A stretch of DNA of 64,000 nt from an uncultured Nitrospiraceae bacterium (GTDB lineage: Bacteria; Nitrospirota; Nitrospiria; Nitrospirales; Nitrospiraceae), in assembly GCA_963730935.1 (NCBI GenBank), contig CAVSTP010000004.1, positions 1,248,001-1,312,000 of the forward strand, read 5' to 3'. Positions 1 through 10,589 of this stretch are shown in pieces. Position numbers and translations under genes: made by a program. The first letter of the stretch is position 1. Every line of letters starts with the position of its first letter. The notes under the pieces are model-generated. The model saw only the letters and a list, made by a program, of their open reading frames with translations. It did not search any database and had not been told where the DNA came from.

Positions 1-974
1 ACGAGCGGCATGAGCACGGGCCATTCAGGGTTCAGAATCTCGGCCTTTTCCAACCGATTAAACAGATGTTTTTCACCTTCCGGAGTCCAGCCAGAGCCGA
101 CTCCATGCTCGATATGGAAACACACGCAGGGAGGGAGCAGCGCCACTTCTTCATATCCCGCATAATGAGCGGCGACGATCCCGATGCTATCAATATTAAA
201 TGAGAAGGCTTCAAACTCGGGATACCCTCGGATTGCAAACCAGGCTTCCCGGGACATCAACGTAAAATCTCCACAGGCATTCGTATGGAGATAGTTCATA
301 GCAACCGAACGTTTCGGCCGTATCTGCCACATCCCGTCTTCTTCTACCATTGTGACATTCTCGTCCTTCCTTTGAAATCCCTGCGCAGGACCGCATGTCT
401 TTTTGAAAATTTCTCGTCCATAGAGGTGCCGCACCAATCCATCTGGCTGATATCGCCGATGGGCACGGATGGGGTGACTCCAAGCATAATCCAATGTCTC
501 CTTCAATGTAGCTTGTTGTGTCAGACCACTTTCTATGTCGTACCGGTCGACCCGATACTGCTTATTGGGGTCTAGCCGTTGTCGGGCGATAAATCCTATG
601 AGCTCGTCAGAGAATAGAATATCGATATTCGTGGCTAGCACGAAGTGGCCCTTTGCGCGGCGAATACCAACGTTCTTTGCGATCATCTGGAAGAACGGCA
701 ACCGCTCTGCGTATTTCAGACGTTGATGAAGGATCGTAGGGACTGTGACCGTACGTGCCTGAATGAACGTCGATTCGGAAGGTAAGTGCAGCACGGCTGC
801 CAGGCCAGGCCTCTCCGGAACCGGGTTCCAATCAACAACAATGAGTTCTGCAGGCAGTTGATGTATTTCGCACTGGCGCGCCAAATTGTTGATGAAAATC
901 TGTGTACGAATGAGTGGATCGCCGCCATGATCATCGTTACGTGAAGCGGCGACGATACTAATATACGGTTGCAT
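1..974 (-). CDS. Uncharacterised GT-A/GT2-fold glycosyltransferase-like protein (runs off the left edge; not in ORF track)
   Basis: Hand translation from ATG at 974 gives an open frame to the window edge: MQPYISIVAASRNDDHGGD...LIVVDWNP...QMIAKNVGIRRAKGHFVLATNIDILFS...HTNACGDF; KNxGIRRA and xxDI resemble GT2 motifs. Confidence 0.7.
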   Translation of the reverse strand, partial: MQPYISIVAASRNDDHGGDPLIRTQIFINNLARQCEIHQLPAELIVVDWNPVPERPGLAAVLHLPSESTFIQARTVTVPTILHQRLKYAERLPFFQMIAKNVGIRRAKGHFVLATNIDILFSDELIGFIARQRLDPNKQYRVDRYDIESGLTQQATLKETLDYAWSHPIRAHRRYQPDGLVRHLYGREIFKKTCGPAQGFQRKDENVTMVEEDGMWQIRPKRSVAMNYLHTNACGDFTLMSREAWFAIRGYPEFEAFSFNIDSIGIVAAHYAGYEEVALLPPCVCFHIEHGVGSGWTPEGEKHLFNRLEKAEILNPEWPVLMPL

Positions 975-1021
975 AACTATCCAAACTGAACCCTATTGTC
1001 GAATTGGAAAAGAAGTGCAAA

Positions 1022-2548
1022 CTAAACCTGGTTCGCAGAACAGTTTGCGCTATATGACTCCCCTGTGGTTGAGGGAACCGCCGCATCCGACTTCATGGTC
1101 GGTAACTGTGTTTTTGGCACGAACCCTCGCTCAAGATCGCGCGCAAAATACGGAAGGAATTGCGCCAATGCCACCCAAGCCTGCACGCGAACTCCTTCAG
1201 GGGTGAAATGGATTGCATCGGTAAAGAGGTTGGGGTCACGAGGAAACGTTCCGGCGATATCCATGAAGTCAAGTTTCTTTGAAGCAGCAAATCGATGAAA
1301 CACACGATTCTGAAAATCGACGAGCCGTCGTATATCCGGTTGCGAGAGAGGCCAGAATGCTTGGTTCACTTGTGAAAGTATTCCGATGTAGCGCGTTGTA
1401 TCACTCATGATCTCTGGTTCACCGCCATCCAACCATACAAAAGAGGACATAAGAAACCGGGCGTTGGACTCCTTGCTGCTCGCTGACATATGACGAAGAT
1501 TATCAAGAATACTCGATAAGTTGCCAGGGAGGTCATTTTGGTCAATGTCTGGATCAGCTTCATTTACTGCATCAGGAAAGATAAGTTTCGATGGAGGACG
1601 CCGCCATTCCGCCAAAATTGGGACGATCCTAACTCGGTAGAAATCATCTATCACTTTAGCGACAGAAGAGAACTGAACCCATTTCCTCGGAAGCAATTCC
1701 TGGGAAGGATGCCTTGCAAATCGCCCGAAGGAATCAAGCAGGTCAGAGCCAGCTTGTAGGTCATTGGCGCCCTCGTAATAAATCACGTAGTCGGGTGCAA
1801 GGGGCAGAACCTCCTGTTTAACAATGGCGGCGATATCTGATGAGCCGATCCCTTCTCTTCCAGCGTTAATCACTTCCACTTGCAGCGGATAATTGTTTGC
1901 TTTAAGCCACAGGTTTAACCAATGGCCGAAATGCTCGGGATACGAGAATGGAAAAGAATGCATTGCAATAGTGGTCGAGGCGCCAAGGAAAGCAATTCTA
2001 ACGATGTTAGAACCTTTTTGAAGCGCCAGCTCAGGACCCCGAAACCCATAGCGATTGGTGCGTAGACCGCTTGCCGTGAGGGTATTTGCGGGATTTCTGT
2101 ACCGCGGAAAGGGTTCCCCATCATGGGGCATGAAAACCTTCAGATTATTGGTCAAATCACCATAGCGGCCAAAAACATAGTCATTTTTGACGCAGATGCG
2201 TTTTTCTACAAAGACTTTGTTCCACACATAGAAAGATTGAGATGGATACACTCCGCGCTGATGGTATGTCTCATACAGTTCGGCAGCAACTGGAGACACC
2301 TCGTGTGGATTTCGCGCAATTGGTGGAGGATCTTGGCGAAACCATGTGCGGTCAACCCCTTTAGGTAAAATGATGGAATCCAAGCGATGGTCTGCGATTC
2401 GTACATCATCAGAAAATCCGGCAGGAGATAGGATAGCATTCCCGGGAAAATCGCCATAAATCCTAATCCCGTACTCGCACAGGGCCAAAATAAGCAGCAC
2501 AGAAATCAATACCAACAGAGTGTTTTGCAATAAGCTCTTAATTCTCAC
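1022..2548 (-). CDS. Membrane-anchored SGNH/GDSL hydrolase-family protein
   Basis: N-terminal TM helix; blocks AFLGAST, NAGREG, YEGAN, DAIH. Confidence 0.8.
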   Translation of the reverse strand: MRIKSLLQNTLLVLISVLLILALCEYGIRIYGDFPGNAILSPAGFSDDVRIADHRLDSIILPKGVDRTWFRQDPPPIARNPHEVSPVAAELYETYHQRGVYPSQSFYVWNKVFVEKRICVKNDYVFGRYGDLTNNLKVFMPHDGEPFPRYRNPANTLTASGLRTNRYGFRGPELALQKGSNIVRIAFLGASTTIAMHSFPFSYPEHFGHWLNLWLKANNYPLQVEVINAGREGIGSSDIAAIVKQEVLPLAPDYVIYYEGANDLQAGSDLLDSFGRFARHPSQELLPRKWVQFSSVAKVIDDFYRVRIVPILAEWRRPPSKLIFPDAVNEADPDIDQNDLPGNLSSILDNLRHMSASSKESNARFLMSSFVWLDGGEPEIMSDTTRYIGILSQVNQAFWPLSQPDIRRLVDFQNRVFHRFAASKKLDFMDIAGTFPRDPNLFTDAIHFTPEGVRVQAWVALAQFLPYFARDLERGFVPKTQLPTMKSDAAVPSTTGESYSANCSANQV

Positions 2549-2662
2549 GAGACCTCACAACGCGCTTCCGACAAGCGCAGCACATGATGTCACTGCCGGA
2601 TATGAGCACAATGATGATTGGAGACAATGAGAGAAAGCAGCGCTATCAACCCGTAGGACCAA

Positions 2663-3454
2663 TTAAGAAAGGCGTGCGGTCACCAGCATGTGCCATCCCA
2701 GCTTCCTCTCTAACGCAGCAAACATGGTCTTTGGCATGGAAGCAAACCACGGCACGATTTCGTATTCGTACTTTACGTACTTTTCGACAACAAACGGGAA
2801 AATATGATCCTGCTTGAGTTCCAGAACGGTAAAGCCTTGGAGCAACTCTTTCACCTCATCCTCCGTGTACGTAAATGCCACGGGACATCCGCTCTGAGCC
2901 TCTGGTTGATCCAGTCCCATCTCAATCATGATGTTCTTCCAAGAATTCTTCGCGTACAACATCAGCCGAAGCTCTGACGAAGCTGCCATATATTTACGTA
3001 ACTGAGCGATGGCGTTGGGAGGGTTCGGGGTATGGTGTATCACCCCAAAAGAATACACCAGGTCGAAGCATCCGGCTGGAACGACGGTTCCGAGTTCCTC
3101 TGCATTCCCTTGGTAAAACTTGATCTGATGATCAAGTCCGAAGACCTTCGCTCTCTGACGCGCCAACGATAGAGACTCATCCGACAAATCAACTGCCGTT
3201 ACAGAAGCACCCGCTCTGGCGAAATTAATCGTATCCGTTCCGATTCCACAGCCCACCTCGAGAACCTTCTTGCCCTTCCATTTGTCGAACTGGGCAAATG
3301 ATGGAATGTGAGGCTCGACGAAATATTTTCTTTTTTCCACGTCGTCAAAATACTCTCTTGTTCCGATCGGCTTAGTTGAGTGCCGGATGTTGCATGGCCG
3401 AGCATTCCAGTACGCCTGGACCGTTTGAATGTCTGGTGATTGCGATATATTCAT
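2663..3454 (-). CDS. Class I SAM-dependent methyltransferase
   Basis: VLEVGCGIG motif I, FDLVYSFGVIHH. Confidence 0.9.
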   Translation of the reverse strand: MNISQSPDIQTVQAYWNARPCNIRHSTKPIGTREYFDDVEKRKYFVEPHIPSFAQFDKWKGKKVLEVGCGIGTDTINFARAGASVTAVDLSDESLSLARQRAKVFGLDHQIKFYQGNAEELGTVVPAGCFDLVYSFGVIHHTPNPPNAIAQLRKYMAASSELRLMLYAKNSWKNIMIEMGLDQPEAQSGCPVAFTYTEDEVKELLQGFTVLELKQDHIFPFVVEKYVKYEYEIVPWFASMPKTMFAALERKLGWHMLVTARLS

Positions 3455-4623
3455 CGATTTGCCGTAATTGCCTGCTTCATGTGTTTCAGTAATTTGCCGG
3501 TTTGCATTTTTATCCCGGACAGGCGGCGCCGAAACAGGGACCTGAGTGCAGACGAGAACTTATCTTCATTCAGCACTCCAACACTGTTCGCTGCCCTTCT
3601 GGAACGATAAAACGACGTTGGGTCGTTTGAGAATTTTGTGATGTACTCGGCATAACTTTTAAATCGCGGATCAACCTCGTGAGCAAGGGTATCCAAGAGT
3701 TCATCAGGATTGCAAATACCAGACAGATGCCCAGCATTGGCACGAACCAACTCGGCAGCATGATCCGGCAGCCCAAAGCATTCGAATAGGCACGCAAGCT
3801 TGAGCATCTTATATGGTGATAAACTCGGGCAGTGTGGGCCGCCTGTGGTCATTGGATCACGAAGGTAGATCGCATCACCCTGATATGGCCTCCCAAACAT
3901 TGTTTGCGCGGGCCCGTCGTATTCAAATGGTGCTGGAAGCGCCCCCGTCGAATAGCGTCTCAGTGACAGGTCAAACAAATCGAATCCCCATTGACGCATG
4001 AGCTTGTCAGTATTGTGAAAGGTGTGATCCGTATCAATGGCCGTCCCAAAAAAATTTACTTCTAACGTATAGCCAAGGACGGGAGAAGAGCGACTGGACT
4101 CTTCTGCAGAAAGAATCACATCAAGATCGTATCCGTCCACATCAACCTTTATGAAATCCAATTCAAATAGTTTCTCTTCCTTTACCAGGTCATCCACTTG
4201 CAGCTTCGTCTTAAGATCCGTGAGTCCGGACGTCTGCCAATCGTTGAGAATCGCAAGTTTCTGTTCTTTTTTGGTTGTGGATTGAAGAAACTCGAAAGCC
4301 GTCCTCGAGCTCAATCTATTCCATGGATTGCCACCCCAAGGTTCTCTGCTCCCCCGTCTTTGTACAAACGGATGATCCTCGGGTAAGCCAACAAAACGCG
4401 GAAGATATCGTACGTTTGGGTTTAATTCTTTCCTGTTAAGGCGTTCACACTCCGGCACAACGGGATCAATCCCTCGCGCGATAAGTGATGGCTCGAAGAC
4501 CCGCCAGAACGGAGAGATACCTCCGCTACATCCAACGTCCAATAAAGTGAACGGATGCGACGCAAAAATGCCCCGCTCTACCAGAGAGCGAGCCATTTTT
4601 GTAAACCTTAGAGTGTTTTCCAT
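3451..4623 (-). CDS. FkbM-like methyltransferase
   Basis: LLDVGCSGG, LDFIKVDVDGYDL, LEV; 4-bp overlap with downstream gene. Confidence 0.8.
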   Translation of the reverse strand: MENTLRFTKMARSLVERGIFASHPFTLLDVGCSGGISPFWRVFEPSLIARGIDPVVPECERLNRKELNPNVRYLPRFVGLPEDHPFVQRRGSREPWGGNPWNRLSSRTAFEFLQSTTKKEQKLAILNDWQTSGLTDLKTKLQVDDLVKEEKLFELDFIKVDVDGYDLDVILSAEESSRSSPVLGYTLEVNFFGTAIDTDHTFHNTDKLMRQWGFDLFDLSLRRYSTGALPAPFEYDGPAQTMFGRPYQGDAIYLRDPMTTGGPHCPSLSPYKMLKLACLFECFGLPDHAAELVRANAGHLSGICNPDELLDTLAHEVDPRFKSYAEYITKFSNDPTSFYRSRRAANSVGVLNEDKFSSALRSLFRRRLSGIKMQTGKLLKHMKQAITANR

Positions 4624-4639
4624 GAACGAATGCTCTGGC

Positions 4640-5650
4640 TTAATCGAGATTTACAACTGCATCTCTCGACTGCCCGCTCTTCATCTGGTCGTAGATCCAT
4701 GCGTAGGTCCGTTCCATGCCGGTCCGTAGGGGAATGGACGGTTCCCATCCCAACATTTTATTGATGAGCGCATTGTCACTATTCCGCCCATTGACGCCCT
4801 TGGGCGCATTTAGATTGTACCGGCGTTTTAGTTGAATCCCGGCAATGTCTTCGACGATATCGACGAGCTGATTGATGGAGACCTTTTCAGCGCTTCCCAA
4901 ATTGATCGGGAAGGTGATTGTCTCGCTTCGCATGATGTCCTGAGTACCCTTGAGACAATCATCGATGTACATGAAGCTCCGTGTTTGCTCGCCGCTGCCC
5001 CAGATTTCAATATTGTGGTTGCCGCTGAGCTTTGCTTCGACAACTTTTCGACAGATAGCGGCAGGGGCTTTTTCCCGGCCTCCATCGTACGTTCCAAGTG
5101 GACCATACACATTGTGATACCGCACGACCCTCGTCACGACCTTGAAATCTTCCGTGAAGTGCCGGCACATACGCTCGCTGAACAACTTTTCCCATCCGTA
5201 TCCGTCCTCCGGCATCCCGGGATAGGCATCTTCCTCCTTGAGTCCGGTCACGTTCGGGTCCCTTTGTTTGTCATGGTTGTAGACGCATGCTGATGACGCA
5301 TAGAAAAAACGGCTGACATCAGCTTCGCGGGCGGCTTGTAATAGGTGAGTGTTGATCAGCACGCTGAGCATGCAGAGCGCTTTATTGTTTTCGATAAATC
5401 CCATGCCACCCATATCGGCCGCAAGATTGTAGATCCAATAAGCACCTTTCGCAGCACGGCGGCATGACGACAATTCTTTGAGATCGGCCGAACCAAAATT
5501 CTCAACTCCATCAAATCGCTGATACCACCGATCCAACGGCTTGATGTCCACCGCCCGAATGCGTGTGTGTCCTTGTTTCAATAAGTCGGCCACGAGATGG
5601 CCTCCGATGAACCCGCCTGCTCCACAGACTACGATCAGATCGTTCTTCAC
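4640..5650 (-). CDS. NAD-dependent epimerase, GDP-mannose 3,5-epimerase (GME)-like
   Basis: GAGGFIG, NLAADMGGMGFI, YGWEK (YxxxK), GREKAPAA, GVNGRNSDN typical of the GME subfamily. Confidence 0.85.
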   Translation of the reverse strand: MKNDLIVVCGAGGFIGGHLVADLLKQGHTRIRAVDIKPLDRWYQRFDGVENFGSADLKELSSCRRAAKGAYWIYNLAADMGGMGFIENNKALCMLSVLINTHLLQAAREADVSRFFYASSACVYNHDKQRDPNVTGLKEEDAYPGMPEDGYGWEKLFSERMCRHFTEDFKVVTRVVRYHNVYGPLGTYDGGREKAPAAICRKVVEAKLSGNHNIEIWGSGEQTRSFMYIDDCLKGTQDIMRSETITFPINLGSAEKVSINQLVDIVEDIAGIQLKRRYNLNAPKGVNGRNSDNALINKMLGWEPSIPLRTGMERTYAWIYDQMKSGQSRDAVVNLD

Positions 5651-5671
5651 CTGTCCCTCGTTTCTACACGG

Positions 5672-7642
5672 TTACGTGCGTTGATTCTTGAGCTGCCTGA
5701 TTTCCGCCAGCCACATAGCCGCCGATGCGTCGCTTGGCATTCGCCAGTCCCCGCGCGGCGACAATGCCACAGATCCCACCTTGGGACCATCCGGCATGGC
5801 CGATCGTTTGAATTGTTGACTGAAAAACCGTGCCACAAAAACCTCCAGCCACCGTAGGATCGTTGCCTGGTCATAGATGGTGTTGAAGGCAAGTTCCGCC
5901 ATACGTAGGATCTTTGCCGGGCGTTCTCCGTATCGAATCATGTGATAGAGAAAATAGTCGTGCAACTCATACGGACCGACAATTTCCTCAGTGATGTGTT
6001 GCACTTCCCCTTGTGCGTTCACAGGCAATAATTCTGGTGAGATCGGCATGGCACTGATATCCCGGAGGACAGCTGAGATGCCGGCCGAGAATTCCTCTTC
6101 TGCGCACCATTCGATGATATAGCGCACCAGTGTTTTGGGCACCCCGATATTGACGTGATACATCGACATGTGGTCGCCGTTGAACGTGCACCACCCCAAG
6201 GCAGCTTCTGAGAGATCGCCAGTTCCTACCACGAAGCCGCCCATTTTGTTGGCAAGGTCCATGAGAATCTGCGTGCGTTCGCGAGCCTGCGCATTTTCAT
6301 AGGTGACGTCCAACATCTCTTCGCTGTGTTCGATATCCTTGAAGTGTTGAACGACGGCGTCTCGTATCGGAATAACCCGCAGTTCCGCCCCGATAAGCCC
6401 AACGAGCGTTTCGGCATTCGCTTTGGTTCGCCGGCTCGTTCCCAGCCCTGGCATCGTGACGGCGAGAATCCCCTTCCGGTCGAGACCCAGCACATCAAAA
6501 GCATGGACGACCACAAGCAGCGCCAATGTGGAATCGAGTCCTCCTGAGATGCCGATTACGACCCGTCGGGAACCGGTGTGTTTCAATCTCTTGGCCAAAC
6601 CAGTGGATTGAATGGCAAAAATCTCTCGACAGGTCGAGGCGCGAACATGAGGATCACTCGGCACAAAGGGCATCGGCGGATTGGGCCGCAGTTTGCCACA
6701 CGGCTCATGTCCCGGCTCGGTAACCTTGAATGTCACCGGCACCACATGGAATATCTTTTTCGACGAATCTCTCGAAAATGAACTGTTGCATAGACGTTCG
6801 TGCTGAATGCGATCAAAGTCCACGTCCGCGTAGATGATCTGCGTATCGAATCGAAAGCGATCCGACTCGGCGAGCACGATGCCGTTCTCCGCGACCATGC
6901 AGTGACCGGAAAAGACCAAGTCGGTGGAAGACTCACCAGGACCCGCAGAGGCGTAGCCATACGCGGCGAGACAGCGGGCGGACTGCGATTTCACAAGATC
7001 TCTTCGATAGGCGTTCTTACCCAGCAATTCATTGCTGGCAGAAATATTACAAAGGAGCGTCGCTCCAGCCAGTGCTTGACTACCGCTCGGTGGTTCGACT
7101 GCCCATAAGTCCTCACAGATTTCGATGCCGATCGTGCAGCCGGGAACCGAGGTCACGGGGAATAGCAGGTCGGTGGTAAATGGAACAGCATAGCTGCCCA
7201 TGTCGATTTGCGAAGACTCAATGTTCTTGCCGGATGTAAACCATCGTTCCTCATAAAATTCTCCGCTAGTGGGAAGAAACACTTTGGGGACAATGCCAAG
7301 GACAACACCCTCGCCGATCATCGCCGCACAGTTGTAGAGACGTCCTTGAATGGCAAGCGGCAACCCCACAATCGCATGCAGGTGCAATCGTCCTGTTTCT
7401 GACGCCAAGCTGTGAAGTGCTTGCCGAGCCTTCTCGACGAGGAGGGACTGCGCAAAAAGATCAGCACAGCTATAGGCCGTCACGGATAACTCAGGAAAGA
7501 GAATAAGAGATGCACCCCTCTCGGCCGCCACGTGCATGGCCCGTTGTATTTGGGTCACGTTGAACTCGACATCTCCGACACGAAGTTCTGGAGCGCAGGA
7601 TGCCAGTCGCATGAATGAAACAGAATCCCTATGCGAACTCAC
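5672..7642 (-). CDS. nadE: Glutamine-dependent NAD+ synthetase
   Basis: Nitrilase-type domain (FPEL, PKVFLP, EICED) plus synthetase domain ([31 protein letters not shown]). Confidence 0.92.
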   Translation of the reverse strand: MSSHRDSVSFMRLASCAPELRVGDVEFNVTQIQRAMHVAAERGASLILFPELSVTAYSCADLFAQSLLVEKARQALHSLASETGRLHLHAIVGLPLAIQGRLYNCAAMIGEGVVLGIVPKVFLPTSGEFYEERWFTSGKNIESSQIDMGSYAVPFTTDLLFPVTSVPGCTIGIEICEDLWAVEPPSGSQALAGATLLCNISASNELLGKNAYRRDLVKSQSARCLAAYGYASAGPGESSTDLVFSGHCMVAENGIVLAESDRFRFDTQIIYADVDFDRIQHERLCNSSFSRDSSKKIFHVVPVTFKVTEPGHEPCGKLRPNPPMPFVPSDPHVRASTCREIFAIQSTGLAKRLKHTGSRRVVIGISGGLDSTLALLVVVHAFDVLGLDRKGILAVTMPGLGTSRRTKANAETLVGLIGAELRVIPIRDAVVQHFKDIEHSEEMLDVTYENAQARERTQILMDLANKMGGFVVGTGDLSEAALGWCTFNGDHMSMYHVNIGVPKTLVRYIIEWCAEEEFSAGISAVLRDISAMPISPELLPVNAQGEVQHITEEIVGPYELHDYFLYHMIRYGERPAKILRMAELAFNTIYDQATILRWLEVFVARFFSQQFKRSAMPDGPKVGSVALSPRGDWRMPSDASAAMWLAEIRQLKNQRT

Positions 7643-8418
7643 TTTTTAATCCCCAATAATATCCAGCTAGGATTGATCCAACATAAGCGTTGCAATTCAG
7701 TCCGCAACTCCGGAAAGATCGGCTCCAGTCCCTCAGTCACGCCCTTGACCGATTCAAATTGAGAGCGAATTTCCGACAATGGACAGAAATCGTGCCAAAT
7801 CATCAGCCCGCCGGAGCGCAACAAAGGGAGTGCCTTCCGGGTGTCGTTCATTACAACATCCGGTTGATGTCCTCCGTCAACCAATACACTGTCAAAAAAT
7901 CCAGCGGGATAATTTGACGTATCCCATTTGCGGCTATCACAAAAGACCTGACAGACTCGATGACTCAGACCTTTTTCGCGATACAAGCGCCCGATATAAC
8001 CCGCCGCGTCAGTACGGTGATAGGTACACGGACCTGACTCATCTTGCCCATAAGTCGCAGTGATAATTCCATAAGGAGCGTCGGTCCCATCAACAACGCG
8101 TTGCCCATATGCCCATGTTCCATCAGGTCGCATTTCTCCTGTTGGAAGATTGATGGTCCATACGGTCGCCTCACAGGCCTCGAGACACAGCACGGTCCCC
8201 CACCCTTGCCAAGTACCGAATTCAAGATGCCTGCGCGGCTGATGGGCACGATAGAGATATTGCAAAATGGGAGCGTCGTCTTCCTCCATTTTCCATCGAT
8301 GCAATGGCGTGGATGACGCAGGTGGAGGTGTGATGTGATTTACGAAATAGAGGCTGCCAATCTCAGACAGCGGCAAACCTTCTACACTAGATGATATTAA
8401 CAAGCGCGTTCCTCCCAA
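7639..8418 (-). CDS. Class I SAM methyltransferase (Methyltransf_24-like)
   Basis: [24 protein letters not shown]. Confidence 0.8.
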   Translation of the reverse strand: MGGTRLLISSSVEGLPLSEIGSLYFVNHITPPPASSTPLHRWKMEEDDAPILQYLYRAHQPRRHLEFGTWQGWGTVLCLEACEATVWTINLPTGEMRPDGTWAYGQRVVDGTDAPYGIITATYGQDESGPCTYHRTDAAGYIGRLYREKGLSHRVCQVFCDSRKWDTSNYPAGFFDSVLVDGGHQPDVVMNDTRKALPLLRSGGLMIWHDFCPLSEIRSQFESVKGVTEGLEPIFPELRTELQRLCWINPSWILLGIKK

Positions 8419-9126
8419 TCATGTTGGGAAATGTAATTGAAAAGACCGCTGTGTTCTCAAGAACCCTGACCCTGCCGACCTTCGCAGAACAAAATTGTCA
8501 TCATCCAATACAAGAGCTTGGTGGTATCCCCTGTCGAGCAGCCATGATAAGGCCGCTATGTTCGAGTAACCGCGGACGCCAAGCGCATGATTCAGTTCCA
8601 CTACAAGCCAGGGGTCGAATCGCTCAAGCGTCTTCTCAGCCCCCATTAATACTTCGAAGTCAAATGAGTCGACGTCAATCTTTATACAATCCAGTTTTTC
8701 GAGCTTTGCCTCCTCGACGAAATGATCGAGCGTCGAAAAGTCATACTCGCATTCTTCTGCAGCCTGTCCCCATAACCGAAAGATTTTATCGACCCGTCGG
8801 CCGGAGTATTGGCCCATCGCTAATCGATGCACCACAATATTCTGACACTTGTTGTGCTTAATGTTCACCTCAAGCATGTCGGCGGTTGCCGTGGGCTCAA
8901 CAGCGTGCACTTTCCCGTCGGGCGACAACTGAGAAAACAGAATGCTGTAATAACCGATATTTGCACCGCAATCGATATACACCCAGTCGGGGCGTGCGTT
9001 TTTGACGAACCATGCTTTGGTCTCGAGTTCACACTTCGGGTAATACCATGCAAAGCTCTCGTAGAAAGCCGGCAGTTCGATATCAGGACGTCCTGGAATT
9101 CTCGTCACGGCGATGTTGGTCATCAT
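8419..9126 (-). CDS. FkbM family methyltransferase
   Basis: IDCGANIGYYS, AVEP, IKIDVDSFD. Confidence 0.9.
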   Translation of the reverse strand: MMTNIAVTRIPGRPDIELPAFYESFAWYYPKCELETKAWFVKNARPDWVYIDCGANIGYYSILFSQLSPDGKVHAVEPTATADMLEVNIKHNKCQNIVVHRLAMGQYSGRRVDKIFRLWGQAAEECEYDFSTLDHFVEEAKLEKLDCIKIDVDSFDFEVLMGAEKTLERFDPWLVVELNHALGVRGYSNIAALSWLLDRGYHQALVLDDDNFVLRRSAGSGFLRTQRSFQLHFPT

Positions 9127-10589
9127 CAGGTAATTTTTAGCACTCTTAATTCGATGGAAGTATGGACAGGACCAGCGAGCGGCATGATCTTACAAGGTTC
9201 TACCTTAATGAACGCTGCATCTTCAATCACGTCCCAAATGACGGACTTCGAATAGTCGTATGCTTCGCTGCCAAATGCCAGACCGTCCCTGAATCCAAAA
9301 ATACCGGTGAGCAATACATAATCCTGATGCGCAAGTGGAACACGGCAACTCGTAGAGACTAGAAATCGGTCGCCGGCGTTACCAACAATACGATGGACTG
9401 AATTTATGTCATTCGCGGAAAGTACAAAACTACCTTTCAAATCACGCAGTCTAATTCCTAGAATGAATTCCGAGTTCACTGGCCGACACACTTCTAACAG
9501 GTAATGCAAGGATATCTGCTCGTTGTATTCACAAGAGGTGACTCGACTACCTGACTCGTTGAGCAAGACCAAGTTCTTCACAATCACATCGCCTGTTCCA
9601 ATACGTGACCGTTCCCTGTTTGCTTCAAAGGTGGGATTCGGCTCAAACAGCTGCGGAGGAACAGAAAGTTTCCCGATCTTGGTACCGTAAGATACTGGCC
9701 CGATTTCCGGTGGACCGAGCGGCTGGACCGAGTCCGACATATCCGAACGGCTTAGAATGATTCCTTGCTCCGCCCAGCAGAACCGCTCGTATTCTTTGGA
9801 CACTGTTTTCGCATCACCCCACAACTCCGCACGTCCGTTCTTCAACCATAGTGCGCGGCTGCAAATGGACCGGACTGTGGAGATATCGTGCGAGACGAAC
9901 AACACACTTTTCCCGTCGTCGACCAAACGGCGAAGCCGCTTATAGCACTTCGATTGGAACGGTACGTCCCCTACACCAAGCGCTTCATCTACGACCAAAA
10001 TTTCCGGCTCGATACAAGTGTTTACGGCAAAAGCCAAACGCATTAGCATGCCTGAACTGTAGGTTTTTATCGGCTGCTCAAGGAACTCACCGATGTCTGC
10101 GAACGCCGCAATGTCATCGAACTTTGCATCAATCTCTTTCTTGCTCAGGCCTTGAATCGCCGCATTTATATAGACGTTTTCGCGTCCAGTGAATTCTGGA
10201 TTGAACCCGCTGCCTAGTTCCAATAATGCTGCCACACGGCCATGCACTTGAACTTCACCCCGGGTCACATCCAGCGTCCCTGCGATGATTTGCAAAAGCG
10301 TCGATTTCCCTGAGCCATTCCGGCCAACAATGCCAACGGTTTCTCCTCTCTTGACTTCAAAGCAGACATCCTTCAAGGCCCAAAATTCACGAGCGTAGGA
10401 TGTGACCGACATCCCTAAGAGACGGTGAAGATGCGGGAAGATCGCCTGTTTGAGTCGATCCTGTGCCTTGTCATAGAGATGGTAACATTTGCTCACATTC
10501 GTGGCTTGAATGGCAAGGTCGCTGTGCGAGTCGACGAGTTCTTCCCCTGCGCGGTCTTCTTTCAGTAGCACCTGGCTTTCAGACGACAT
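9126..10589 (-). CDS. wzt: Polysaccharide ABC exporter ATPase with C-terminal carbohydrate-binding (Wzt_C) domain
   Basis: GRNGSGKST Walker A, YSSGM signature, VDEAL Walker B, ~170-aa C-terminal extension; start placed at MSSE (10589) overlapping the wzm stop. Confidence 0.92.
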   Translation of the reverse strand: MSSESQVLLKEDRAGEELVDSHSDLAIQATNVSKCYHLYDKAQDRLKQAIFPHLHRLLGMSVTSYAREFWALKDVCFEVKRGETVGIVGRNGSGKSTLLQIIAGTLDVTRGEVQVHGRVAALLELGSGFNPEFTGRENVYINAAIQGLSKKEIDAKFDDIAAFADIGEFLEQPIKTYSSGMLMRLAFAVNTCIEPEILVVDEALGVGDVPFQSKCYKRLRRLVDDGKSVLFVSHDISTVRSICSRALWLKNGRAELWGDAKTVSKEYERFCWAEQGIILSRSDMSDSVQPLGPPEIGPVSYGTKIGKLSVPPQLFEPNPTFEANRERSRIGTGDVIVKNLVLLNESGSRVTSCEYNEQISLHYLLEVCRPVNSEFILGIRLRDLKGSFVLSANDINSVHRIVGNAGDRFLVSTSCRVPLAHQDYVLLTGIFGFRDGLAFGSEAYDYSKSVIWDVIEDAAFIKVEPCKIMPLAGPVHTSIELRVLKIT

